From assembly GCA_964016885.1 (NCBI GenBank), contig OZ024745.1:28706001-28770000 (forward strand): a DNA stretch of 64,000 bases, written 5' to 3'. Within the stretch, counting starts at the first letter, position 1; each line of letters begins with the position of its first letter. The position numbers were made by a program, and so were the translations under genes. Shown one piece after another: positions 1-11,872 of the stretch. Below the pieces are notes generated by a model, which saw nothing but the letters and a program-made list of their open reading frames with translations, searched no databases and had not been told where the DNA came from. The DNA is from Eledone cirrhosa. Taxonomy: Eukaryota.

Positions 1-29
1 TTACGTAATTATATTTGTTTTCAGAAAAA

Positions 30-75
30 TCTATATTTTAATAAGAGCGCTGTCTCTCCGTCCGTCCGTCACGCT
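30..75 (+). mobile_element. possible Helitron/Helentron-type 5' end
   Basis: A|TCTATATTTTAATAAGAGCG followed by (CCGT)n, a layout seen at rolling-circle element 5' ends. No matching 3' end was established. Confidence 0.25.
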
Positions 76-105
76 CACTTTGTATAGAGAAGGGGAACAG
101 CAAGC

Positions 106-275
106 GAGAGATATGTACAGAGATAGAGAGAGAAAAAGGAACGCCGCCTGTTTTCGAGATGACAAAAAGAGGTAGATAGACAGAAAGTTATGGCGTCACC
201 CTCATATATATAGAGAGAGGAGCGCCAAACGAGAGATATGTACATAGAGAGAGAGAAAAAGGAACGTCATTTGTT

Positions 276-320
<45 letters not shown>
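106..320. repeat. diverged direct duplication plus (GA)n microsatellite
   Basis: cgagagatatgtaca..agagagaaaaaggaacg occurs at about 106 and 230; (GA)n at about 277-320. Confidence 0.7.
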
Positions 321-322
<2 letters not shown>

Positions 323-1399
323 TGTGTGACAGAAAGAGGGAGAAGACGATATTGCCCTTACCTATATAGAAAGAAGAGGACCAGCAAACGTTCAAAGACA
401 GACTAGAATGAAAATTGTACAGCGAAGGTCAACTGTACGTTGCTTACAGTAGAGTGCGAGATCGTATGAATATTAAAGTCTACCTAGATCAACAAGTTTA
501 ATGCAATACAAAGACTCCGAAGACGTCACAATGACCAGAATAGTAAATACACAAGAAATGTCTCTACAGAGATCATTTATATGTAGATCTATATATGAAG
601 ACTGAGAGCTAATTATTGTTTAATACTCATTTGGTTCTATAGATACGTTGCTTTATCTCCAATGTATCTTTACACAGTTTCAAGAAGGATACTTCTGGTA
701 ACTTACGTTTGGCGGTGTAGGGTGTCTACCAGAAAAGTTCTGTATTATTTCATTTACCATATTGTAATTTTTTCAATCCTACTCTATGCCCACTCGTTAT
801 TATTTAATTGTACAAAGAAGTCACTTAATAATTGCTTCAGGAGATTTCCTAAACTGTATATAGTAGTTTGAAAGGAACATTACGGAAACTGGAAAATTAT
901 TATATTATGTACGTTCTATTTTTTTCTTAATTTTAAAGGAGTTATACTTATTTTGATACTGAAACAGAAATGATTCACCTCCCATTGTTCACATTATGGT
1001 TGGGATTAGTGGCAGATTTTCTAGCGGCCCCATACGTGATTATAAAGGCAAACTTCAACAGCTTCCATATCCTTTCCCAGTGTACAATGGCTTTGTATGT
1101 ATGTGTATTCTATGGCATATTTTAAATAAATAAATGTTTATTTTTTAAATATTTGTGCATTTATAACATTATTTTACATTAATGTTTAATTTAGTTTGTT
1201 TTATATCACTTTATGAAATTTGAAATTTGTATAACTCATTGAAAATAATTATAAATAACGGAATACTTTTTTACATAAACTTACATAAAACTCCTTAAGA
1301 ACACTGCAGAGTTTCACATGCTCAGCCTTTTTGTAAAATAAAATTGATTTTTTGCCATTTGCTCATATTCAGGTAGTTGATATAGAGAGAACGTTTTTT

Positions 1400-2350
1400 A
1401 TAGGAGATATAGAGAGGGTGGGAGTTCCGTACTAATAGATATACAGAGGGGAATTGGGAGAGAGTGATGTATGGTAGATATAGATAGGGGGAGAGTTTGG
1501 AGGTAATGAATGGCGTGAGGAGGATTGATAGAGATAGGTATTGATAGATATAGAGAGGGGAGTAGTTTGGTAGTGATGGATAGAGTGAGGGGAAAGAGAG
1601 AGAGAGAGAGTTGTATAGTATATATAGAGAGGGGGAGAGTTTGATGGTTATTGATACAGAGAGGGGGATTAGGGGATAGTGCCGTGTAGAAGATATAGAG
1701 AGGGGGAGAGATCAATGCTTGTAGATATAATGAGGAGGTTGGGAGAAGTAAATATTGTTAAATATAGAGAGGGGGAGAGTTTGCTGGTAATGAATAAAGA
1801 GAGAGGGATTGGGAGAGACAGTGTCGTAAAATATAGGAGAGAGTTTGGTAGTCATTGATATAGAAAGGGGATAAGAGAGTGTCGTGTGGTAGATATGGCG
1901 AGGGGGAGAGTTTGGAGATGATTATTATAGAGAGGGGGGTTGGGAGAGTGTTTTGTATGTTATATATAGAGAGTTGTATAATGGAAGAGTGCCGTGTAGT
2001 AGATATAAAGAGAGGTAGAACCTAGGGATGATTAATATAGAGAAGGGGATTGGGAGAGATACGTTTAGATAAATATAGAGAGTGGGAGAGTGTAGGGGAA
2101 AAGTTTGATGGTAATTGATAGAGAGGGGGATTAAAAGAGAGGTTTCATAGATATAGAGAGGGGGCAGAGTGTAGTGGTTATTGATATAGAAAGGGGTATT
2201 GAGAGAGTGTTGTATATTAGATATAGAGAGGGGGAGAGTTTGCTGGTAATTGTTATAGAGAGGGGAATTGGGAGAGCGTTTTGTACATGAGATATAGAGA
2301 GAAGGATTGGAAGAGAGTGCCGTGTAATAGATATAGAGAGGGCGAGAGTT
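1400..2350. repeat. degenerate purine-rich minisatellite
   Basis: Recurring gatatagagagggggagagtttg / gggattgggagag motifs. Confidence 0.8.
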
Positions 2351-3255
2351 TCGTGGCTGTATCCAGGTTCAAAGCAGTGGTACATGATAGATTCTGTTCT
2401 TGTGCGTTGGCGTGATTTTTGAGTCATCTGTGGTGTCCGTGTGTTGCGAGGAGCTGAGTACTGGACAGACCATCGTCTTGTTTACATTTGTAATAAAGCC
2501 TAAAATACGAGCAAGTGGTGTTGTTGTTCCAAAGAAACAAAATACTGATTAAAAATGTTTTAAAAAAAGGATGAGCTAATGAGAAAGTTAGATAAGAGTC
2601 AATGCGATAACACATGGGAAGATTTCAAAATTTCGGTTTATGAGACTTCGGCACCTGTTCTCGGTTTTATTACAAGGAAACATCAAGATTAGTTTGATGA
2701 AAACGAGGAAGAGATTGAAGTGCTACTTAATGAAAAGACGACAGCGATGATGAGAGTGCTTACAGGAGGTCAAGGAGCTGGAAAAAGTGAAATGTTGTTG
2801 AAGGATGTGAAGGCTAACTTACAACGCAAGCTCCGTTACATGCTAAAGAAGTAAAGTGAAGGGTTTTCAGGCTGCAGCTGATGCCAACAACACAAAGCTA
2901 TTTTACAGCTTATTACAAGAAGTCTATAGTCCTTATTCTTCTCCAATTGCACCTCTGAAATCTCAAAAGGGCAAACAATTGTTTAGAGAGCCAAAGGATG
3001 TCCTTTTGAGATGGAGGGAACATTTCGATGAACTTTTGCATAGGCCTTCTTGGGTCAATGGGAAGTTTATTGACTCAGTTCCTAGTTGGCCTACAAAGGA
3101 TATACTAGCAGAAAGTCCTATCTTGGAGGATGTGGAAGTGTCTGTAAAACAACTCAATAATGGAATATCGCCAAGGAGGGGATGGTATTTGTGTTGAAAT
3201 GTTGAAATGTGGAAGTTAAAACCTTCTTCGAATGAACTGTATCTGTAATTCAAAA
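2351..3255 (+). mobile_element. RTE-clade LINE fragment (end of APE endonuclease and linker), decayed
   Basis: Manual translation gives SWLYPGSKQWYMIDSVLVRWRD and RGAEYWTDHRLV; ORF 2856-3197 has FQAAADANNTKLFY..LRWREHFDELL, typical of RTE ORF2. Stops and frameshifts present. Confidence 0.85.
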
Positions 3256-3256
3256 G

Positions 3257-3425
3257 ACCAGTCGTACCACACAGTGTCGTCTTAAATCTCCCCGAGAACT
3301 AGGTTAATGTTGCACGTGTCTATGGAGTGCTCAGCCACTTACACGTTAATTTCACCAGCAGGGTGTTTCCATTGATCAAACAACTGGAACACTCTCCGTC
3401 GTAACTGACGGATGTCCAACACGTT
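3257..3425 (+). mobile_element. 3' body of a SINE-like repeat
   Basis: cacgtgtctatggagtgctcagccacttacacgttaatttcac..gtcgtaactgacgga, recalled as a common octopod SINE 3' region (not searched). Confidence 0.5.
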
Positions 3426-3566
3426 TGTATCGATTTTCACGCGCTTTTGTCCGCATCAGTTTTTTTTTATGTCTATTCATGGCAACATTAATTTATCTTT
3501 GAAATCACATTGATCTGCTTGTGAAACAAAAGCCAGAGATAACATAACATATACTGTTGATCTGTT

Positions 3567-3820
3567 GTATGTATGTATGTATGTATGTATGTATGTATGT
3601 ATGTATGTATGTATGTATGTATGTATGTATGTATGTATGTATGTATGTATGTATGTATTATGTATTATGTATGTATTATGTATGTATGTATTATGTATGT
3701 ATTATGTATGTATGTATTATGTATGTATGTATATATGTATTATGTATGTATGTATTATGAATGCATGTATGTATGTGTGATGTATGTATTATGTATTTAT
3801 GTATTATGTATGTGTGTATG
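3567..3820. repeat. (TATG)n microsatellite, degenerate distally
   Basis: Seen directly. Confidence 0.97.
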
Positions 3821-4459
3821 TTCTTCTGGTTTTATAATTTCATAAACGTTTGCCAATAGAGAGAGAGAGTCGGTTTCTAACATAGACACAAGACTCTCTC
3901 ATTAGAATTTACACAACATCAACTAGGTAGATATGTATGCATGTCTGCATGCATGCATGCGTGTGCAAGTATGGGTGTTATTGTATGTGTGGATGTGTAT
4001 GTTTGAGTTGTATGTGTGCATGTGTATATGCTTTGTATCTGTACAAGTGTATATGCAGTTATTAGATGCAAAACTTTTGGAATGTTTTACATATTTTTAC
4101 TGTTCCATTAATGGATTGTACTTGTAATTTCCTAACTAGTTGTGTTCTTTCTGTTTCTGTGAAGCCCAGCTTCTCAAGATTTGTATTGAGGCAGTTACTA
4201 ACATATCCCAGTGCCCCAATAATCACAAGCATAAACCTGAAGGTGTAATCAGGGTGGAGTATCTGCAGATTTCTTATTAGTTCTGCATCGATATTCTCCT
4301 TTTTGCTAATCTTTGATATTATATTTGTATCTGCTGGGCAGCTAACTTTCACTACTGTGCATATCTTCTTTTCCCTGTCCCATATCATAATATCTGGTCT
4401 GTTATGCCTGCATTTTATTGGGGTTTTTACTGGAACATTTCACCAGTACTCTTTCATAC
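3821..4459 (-). mobile_element. 5'-truncated R4/Dong-type LINE (family 1): REL endonuclease C-terminus and 3' UTR
   Basis: RHNRPDIMIWD..VSCP..KISKKE..IIGALG (ORF 4062-4388). The 3' end reads ..ccagaagaa|catac and is near-identical to 40601-41302. Confidence 0.9.
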
Positions 4460-4860
4460 ATACATACATACATACATACATACATACATACATACATACA
4501 TACATACATACGTACGTACATGCATGCGTACATACATAAGCACTCATACATTCACCACCACCCTTCCGCTAAATATGAACGTTTCAATACAATTGTAGAA
4601 TTAAAAACAACCCCAAAGGAAATATTACTCAAACCGTGAACAACTTTATATTTAATTCTGACAAAGTTTTGTTGAAACTCCATCGTCTATTTTTAAACAT
4701 AAATACAAATACCACTGAATAGGCACAATCACTATGACTAAGCGTATAAGTCTCCTTCGACCAAATCATGACTATAATCATCATATACAATGGAGCTACA
4801 ATCTTCACAAAGATTTATATGAAGCATATGTACAATCTGATAAAGTTCGGTTTATGTAAC

Positions 4861-7810
4861 AGGTGGAGTATCTGCAGATTTCTCATCAGTTCTGCATAAA
4901 TATTCTCGTTTTCGCTAATCTTTGATATTATATTGGCATCTGCTGGGCAGCTAATTTCCACTACTGTGCATGCCTTATTGGGGTTTTTACTGGAACATTC
5001 CACCAGTACTCTTTCATATTATGTACATGGATGTCTTCCACATTGCTGTAGCTTTTAATGTGTTTATTATCGGGGCTATCTTTTTTACGAACTGCATTGT
5101 ACAGTGTTTTGGCCACTACATCATGCCTCATAGTACCGTGATGACATCTTTGGACAGCTGCTGATGACATGGGTGATATCCTCGATGTTAGTTCTGCAGA
5201 GTCTGCACTTGGTGTCACATCTAGGTGTTTTGCCTGCATCCCTATCTCTTTTGTGAATCAGGTATTTCGTGTTAATCTCCTGTTTTTGGATTGCAAAAGT
5301 GTATCCTTCAAAGTGGAAGCCAATATAGCGGTTGTTGGTCCAAGATAGACTACTTTCCTTATCTATATTACTCTCACTCTGGAGCTTCCTGGCAACATAT
5401 CCATGCATGATTTTTTGCTGATAGGCATGCAGCTTTCATCCATGGATTCACTGCAATACTGCTAGCGACTTCCTTGGGTGTGAGTTTTTGATTATCACAC
5501 AGAGAATATCTCTCGAGTAGTTCCTTCCCAACTCTCATGATCTTATCTGTTTCATGCAGATAGACTTACTCGAGAAACGGGCTGCTACGCTTCGAGGTTC
5601 GTAGATGTTGTCGGAGAGATATGATGCGACATTCAAATGTTGTCTGGACTGATGTTAGGCCTCTGCCTCCCTGCTTTCGTTTCAAGTAAAGGCGGTCTAT
5701 GTCACTGTTGATGTGGAAGTTTCCGGTGTTGTTTAGTATTTTTAGAGTTCCAACATCAACTGCTCGGATTTCGTCTATCGTCCAATTGAGTATTCCAAAC
5801 GTTGGTGTTAGGACAGACACAGCAAACACATTGTGAGCCACTGTTTTGTTTTGCGTAGAGAGTTCCGATGACCAGATCTTTCTTAATCGGGTGTAGTATT
5901 CCCTGGTTACGCGTTCTTTATTACAGATACAATTATGGGATATGTTCTCATCTATCCCCAGGTATCTGTAGCAGTCCTCATCAGATATGGGTGAAACAGT
6001 TAGGTCATTGATGACAATGTTGCTAGATTGAGTTGTTGTTTTTCTCCGCTTTACAGTCATATATAAGCATTTATCTTGGCCAAACTCCATTTCTACATCC
6101 TTTGAGAACGTTGTAACCAGGTCAAGATTTTTCTTCATCCCATCCATGTTCTTGGCATAGAGTTTCAGATCGTCCATAAAGAAATTATGGGTTAGGTTCG
6201 TATTTCTGTCCTCCTGTGAGCCAATGATGTATCCCTCACATTTCTTGAGCAGAAAGGACAAAGTTTAATGACAAGATGAATAATATCACAGAAATATACC
6301 TCTGCAATATTTTATTTTATCAGTGAAAATAGAGTCCTCCCTTTCTGTTTTTAACCTTAGGATAGTATCCCAAGAAGAAGACAGCCTCTCTATGGCTCTG
6401 ACAATAATGTCTGGGACTTTAGCAAGTTGGAGGGCCTCTATCATCCAAGAGTGGGGAACAGAATCGAAAGCTTTCCTGTAGTCCAGCCAGACTGTAGTCA
6501 TATTCCTCCTAAGTTGTCGCACCTCCGACATCGCAGTTTTGTTGATTAGGAGTTGTTCAGCACATCCCCAAACCCCTTTCTTTCCAGCTGCTTGTTCATC
6601 TGTGATGATGTTATTATTTTCATAGTGATCTTGGGGGAATAGGTTCAGGCAGGCTGTATACATCTTATACATCAGGTTCTGGCATGCAATGGGTCGGTAG
6701 TTTTTTGCCAAGTGGGTGTCTTTGTTCTTAGGGACCAGTAATGTTTGTGCTAATGTCAACCATTCTGGTATAAGTGTATCTCTCTTAAGAACTTGTTGGT
6801 AGAGGTCAGTAAGATACCTCCGATAGAATATCAGTTTTTTTGTACCAGTAGCCGACAATCATGTCTCTTCCTGGTGTTTTTTTTATCTTGGAGTTTTCCT
6901 ATCACAGTCTTAAGGGTACCCTCACTTATTTCGTATGTTTTTGTTGTAGTGTAGGAGCAATAGTTCTTTCGGATTTCTCTTAGCCACACCGCAACTTGGT
7001 TGAAATTCTTCTTTTCACCCCATATTTTGCTCCAAAAGGAATCTACGTCTTTCTGGGATGGGGCCTCAGTGACACTTATTATTTTGTTTTTCATATCTCT
7101 ATAGACTGATGTTTGGTTTCGTCTGAATCTTTTATTAAGCACTTTTCTCTCATCTACCTTCTTCAGGTATCGGCGTTTTTCGCTAACAGCTCTCAATTCT
7201 TGTTTGAGGGTGATCAGCTTATATTGAAGAGTTCTGGTTCTACTGTTACCAAACATCGTCTCTATTTTATTTTTCACTCTTTGTTGGTGAGAAGTGAGGT
7301 TTTTTTGTGTTTGTTTGCATGTAAGGAGCATTGTCACATATCCTATGGGTTTTCGTAGGTCAGCAATCTTTTTTTCTATTTTAGTTATATATGATGGTAT
7401 TTTTGGTGGTGTTCTGTTCTTGTTAATATCTCTGCTATCACCAAGATAATGCTTCACTGTCGTTGCTAAGGCATATAAACAGGCGTTGATTTGCGAAAAT
7501 GTTGGGGTTTTATTCGTCGTAAATATTCATCCCCTATTTCGTCAATAACACGTAGTATTTCATTATTTGGTTTTTTATGAAACATTATCGTTTTAACACG
7601 TTCAGCAAGAGAGATATTTATACATGAGTTAATTTCTCTCTGGAAGATTTCGTTGGGGGAGAATTTTCAATTGTTTATGCTTTTGATTATTATCATTATC
7701 GATAGTATTTTCCACGACAGTCGAGGTAGACTCGGATGGTATACGTGGTGTCAAATTTCTTCAATTATTATTATTATCGATAGTGTTTTCCCCAGCATTC
7801 GAGGTAGACT
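4861..7810 (-). mobile_element. long R4/Dong-type LINE (family 1), frameshifted ORF: RT, CCHC knuckle, REL endonuclease
   Basis: YRPIACQNLMYK, EQLLINK, DYRKAFDSVPHSW, CRGIF, HNFFMDDLKLY, RLYLKRKQGGRGL, CRLC..THVISSC and RHD across ORFs 6831-7457, 6286-6858, 5566-6261, 5121-5408 and 4961-5239. The 3' end is truncated. Confidence 0.93.
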
Positions 7811-8109
7811 GTATGTATGTATGTACTTATGTATGTATGTACGTATGTATGTATGTACGTATGTATGTATGTACGTATGTATGTATATGAAGGAAAACTC
7901 TGATATAACACCTGCAACCCTGATTGTATCCAATGATGTTGACTTGTTCTTCTTTTTGGTAAATATCATCTTGGTTAAGAGAGTGGGACTGGCTTTGTGC
8001 AGTGCCTTTTCTCACTATAAAAGCTTCACGGCACAGGCATTGCTTTATATCTGGAGATCTCTCTGCACTTGTTGTCACATGGTACCATGGGCCTAGCACT
8101 ATGTGTCAA

Positions 8110-8320
8110 TAATTGTCACAAGTGTAGTGTTTGTACCAGAGTTTTCAAGACGCTGGCTGGACTAAAAAGTCACACTCGTTCAGCGCATCGGTAGGGGTTC
8201 TCCTACATGGATATAAAGTAGTGGCCGTACTCGAAAACGAGTTGGCAGCCACTATGTATGTATGTATGTATGTATGTATGTATGTATGTATGTATGTATG
8301 TATGTATGTATGTATGTATG
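8110..8320 (+). mobile_element. RTE LINE 3' end with C2H2 finger, stem-loop and (TATG)n tail
   Basis: Manual translation HKCSVCTRVFKTLAGLKSHTRSAHR*, then ctcg-aaaa-cgag hairpin, gcagccac and (TATG)n from about 8253. Confidence 0.75.
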
Positions 8321-8540
8321 TTATCTCTTTCTCTTAATTTCGAGTATATTTTTTTTGACCGGCCACCTTCCTGGTGGCAAGGTTGTAAAAGAAAAGAAAA
8401 TGTCATCCCTTGAATCGCAAGAATGTTTTGCAAATTTGGAAGGTGCCAGCTATCGCAGCCATTTGTAGACTATGAATTAGGGAGCTGCGGTTTTTGTCCA
8501 CAAATCCAAGTTCAGTCATACTTTGGTTCAAGCGGGTTGG
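8321..8540 (-). mobile_element. very short 5'-truncated R4/Dong-type copy (family 2)
   Basis: TELGFVDKNRSSLIHSLQMAAIAGTFQICKTFLRF is homologous to the family 1 C-terminus. (CATA)n flanks both sides on the element strand. Confidence 0.85.
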
Positions 8541-8805
8541 TATGTATGTATGTATGTATGTATGTATGTATGTATGTATGTATGTATGTATGTATGTATG
8601 TATGTATGTATGTATGTATGTATGTATGTATGTATATGCGCTGGGACATGACAATACTCGGTTTGGTACTCTAGCTCGCGGTTAACCCACCGGGTGTGAG
8701 AGACCTGTAGTTCTTGTCTAAAAGACGGAAAACTCTGTTGTAAAACCTACGACTTGATGGCAGCCAATGATGTTAACCAGTTTTTCTTTTGGGATAAGTG
8801 TCACC

Positions 8806-11173
8806 GTTGTTCAGAGAGAGGGATTGCTCCACGTTGTTCAGAGAGAGAGGGATTGCTTCACGTTGTTCAGAGAGAGGGATTGCTTCACGTTGTTCAGAGA
8901 GAGAGGGATTGCTTCACGTTGTTCAGAGAGAGGGATTGCTTCACGTTGTTCAGAGAGAGAGGGATTGCTTCACGTTGTTCGGAGAGAGAGGGATTGCTTC
9001 ACGTTGTTCAGAGAGAGAGGGATTGCTTCACGTTGTTCAGAGAGAGGGATTGCTTCACGTTGTTCAGAGAGAGAGGGATTGCTTCACGTTGTTCAGAGAG
9101 AGGGATTGCTTCACGTTGTTCAGAGAGAGAGGGATTGCTTCACGTTGTTCAGAGAGAGAGGGATTGCTTCACGTTGTTCAGAGAGAGAGGGATTGCTTCA
9201 CGTTGTTCAGAGAGAGGGATTGCTTCACGTTGTTCAGAGAGAGAGGGATTGCTTCACGTTGTTCAGAGAGAGAGGGATTGCTTCACGTTGTTCAGAGAGA
9301 GGGATTGCTTCACGTTGTTCAGAGAGAGAGGGATTGCTTCACGTTGTTCAGAGAGAGGGATTGCTTCACGTTGTTCAGAGAGAGAGGGATTGCTTCACGT
9401 TGTTCAGAGAGAGAGGGATTGCTTCACGTTGTTCAGAGAGAGGGATTGCTTCACGTTGTTCAGAGAGAGAGGGATTGCTTCACGTTGTTCAGAGAGAGGG
9501 ATTGCTTCACGTTGTTCAGAGAGAGAGGGATTGCTTCACGTTGTTCAGAGAGAGGGATTGCTTCACGTTGTTCAGAGAGAGAGGGATTGCTTCACGTTGT
9601 TCAGAGAGAGAGGGATTGCTTCACGTTGTTCAGAGAGAGAGGGATTGCTTCACGTTGTTCAGAGAGAGGGATTGCTTCACGTTGTTCAGAGAGAGAGGGA
9701 TTGCTTCACGTTGTTCAGAGAGAGAGGGATTGCTTCACGTTGTTCAGAGAGAGGGATTGCTTCACGTTGTTCAGAGAGAGGGATTGCTTCACGTTGTTCA
9801 GAGAGAGGGATTGCTTCACGTTGTTCAGAGAGAGGGATTGCTTCACGTTGTTCAGAGAGAGAGGGATTGCTTCACGTTGTTCAGAGAGAGGGATTGCTTC
9901 ACGTTGTTCAGAGAGAGAGGGATTGCTTCACGTTGTTCAGAGAGAGGGATTGCTTCACGTTGTTCAGAGAGAGAGGGATTGCTTCACGTTGTTCAGAGAG
10001 AGGGATTGCTTCACGTTGTTCAGAGAGAGGGATTGCTTCACGTTGTTCAGAGAGAGGGATTGCTTCACGTTGTTCAGAGAGAGAGGGATTGCTTCACGTT
10101 GTTCAGAGAGAGAGGGATTGCTTCACGTTGTTCAGAGAGAGGGATTGCTTCACGTTGTTCAGAGAGAGAGGGATTGCTTCACGTTGTTCAGAGAGAGGGA
10201 TTGCTTCACGTTGTTCAGAGAGAGAGGGATTGCTTCACGTTGTTCAGAGAGAGGGATTGCTTCACGTTGTTCAGAGAGAGGGATTGCTTCACGTTGTTCA
10301 GAGAGAGGGATTGCTTCACGTTGTTCAGAGAGAGGGATTGCTTCACGTTGTTCAGAGAGAGAGGGATTGCTTCACGTTGTTCAGAGAGAGGGATTGCTTC
10401 ACGTTGTTCAGAGAGAGGGATTGCTTCACGTTGTTCAGAGAGAGAGGGATTGCTTCACGTTGTTCAGAGAGAGGGATTGCTCCACGTTGTTCAGAGAGAG
10501 GGATTGCTTCACATAGTTTAGAGAGAGGGATTGCTCCACGTTGTTCAGAGAGAGGGATTGCTCCACGTTGTTCAGAGAGAGAGGGATTGCTCCACGTTGT
10601 TCAGAGAGAGAGGGATTGCTCCACGTTGTTCAGAGAGAGGGATTGCTCCACGTTGTTCAGAGAGAGAGGGATTGCTCCACGTTGTTCAGAGAGAGGGATT
10701 GCTCCACGTTGTTCAGAGAGAGGGATTGCTCCACGTTGTTCAGAGAGAGGGATTGCTCCACGTTGTTCAGAGAGAGGGATTGCTCCACGTTGTTCAGAGA
10801 GAGAGGGATTGCTCCACGTTGTTCAGAGAGAGGGATTGCTCCACGTTGTTCAGAGAGAGGGATTGCTCCACGTTGTTCAGAGAGAGAGGGATTGCTTCAC
10901 GTTGTTCAGAGAGAGGGATTGCTTCACGTTGTTCAGAGAGAGAGGGATTGCTCCACGTTGTTCAGAGAGAGGGATTGCTCCACGTTGTTCAGAGAGAGGG
11001 ATTGCTTCACATTGTTTAGAGAGAGGGATTGCTTCACGTTGTTCAGAGAGAGGGATTGCTTCACATTGTTTAGAGAGAGGGATTGCTTCACGTTGTTCAG
11101 AGAGAAGGATTGCTTCACGTTGTTCAGAGAGAGGGATTGCTCCACGTTGTTCAGAGAGAGAGGGATTGCTCCA
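8806..11173. repeat. 27/29-bp minisatellite, roughly 85 units
   Basis: Unit cacgttgttc(ag)4-5ggattgctt, with a gctcc variant concentrated after about 10480. Confidence 0.98.
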
Positions 11174-11298
11174 GTGCAAGGTCTTTATTCACTTAAAAAA
11201 ACTTCAATCACAGGCATCTTTTGATTTAAACGATTTTCTTTCGCTGCAGCATCTGCAGGAAGGCATCTCATAAGTACCAGGGACTAATTAACCTTTTA

Positions 11299-11680
<382 letters not shown>

Positions 11681-11872
11681 TATTATATTATGATATCTCA
11701 TTTATGTTCATGCACAGTAGTACAAAGAGCGCTACTATATCCTTATCTTTCCCTCACTACATGTGTGTGTATTAAATATATATGTGTGTATGTATGTGTA
11801 TATATATATATATATATATAGGCTTCTTGCTACAATAATTTCTATACTTTTCATTTATATATATATATATGT

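Noticed and set aside
7888-8100. Possible further Dong fragment (minus-strand VPCDNKCR)
   Set aside because: Only a few residues resemble the CCHC region, too weak to call.
8806-11173. CRISPR-like array
   Set aside because: No unique spacers, no cas genes, eukaryotic context. The same holds for 56785-58385 and 62061-62392.
8754-11273. 839-aa ORF and overlapping ORFs
   Set aside because: Pure translation of the 27/29-bp minisatellite; the same three peptides appear in all frames.
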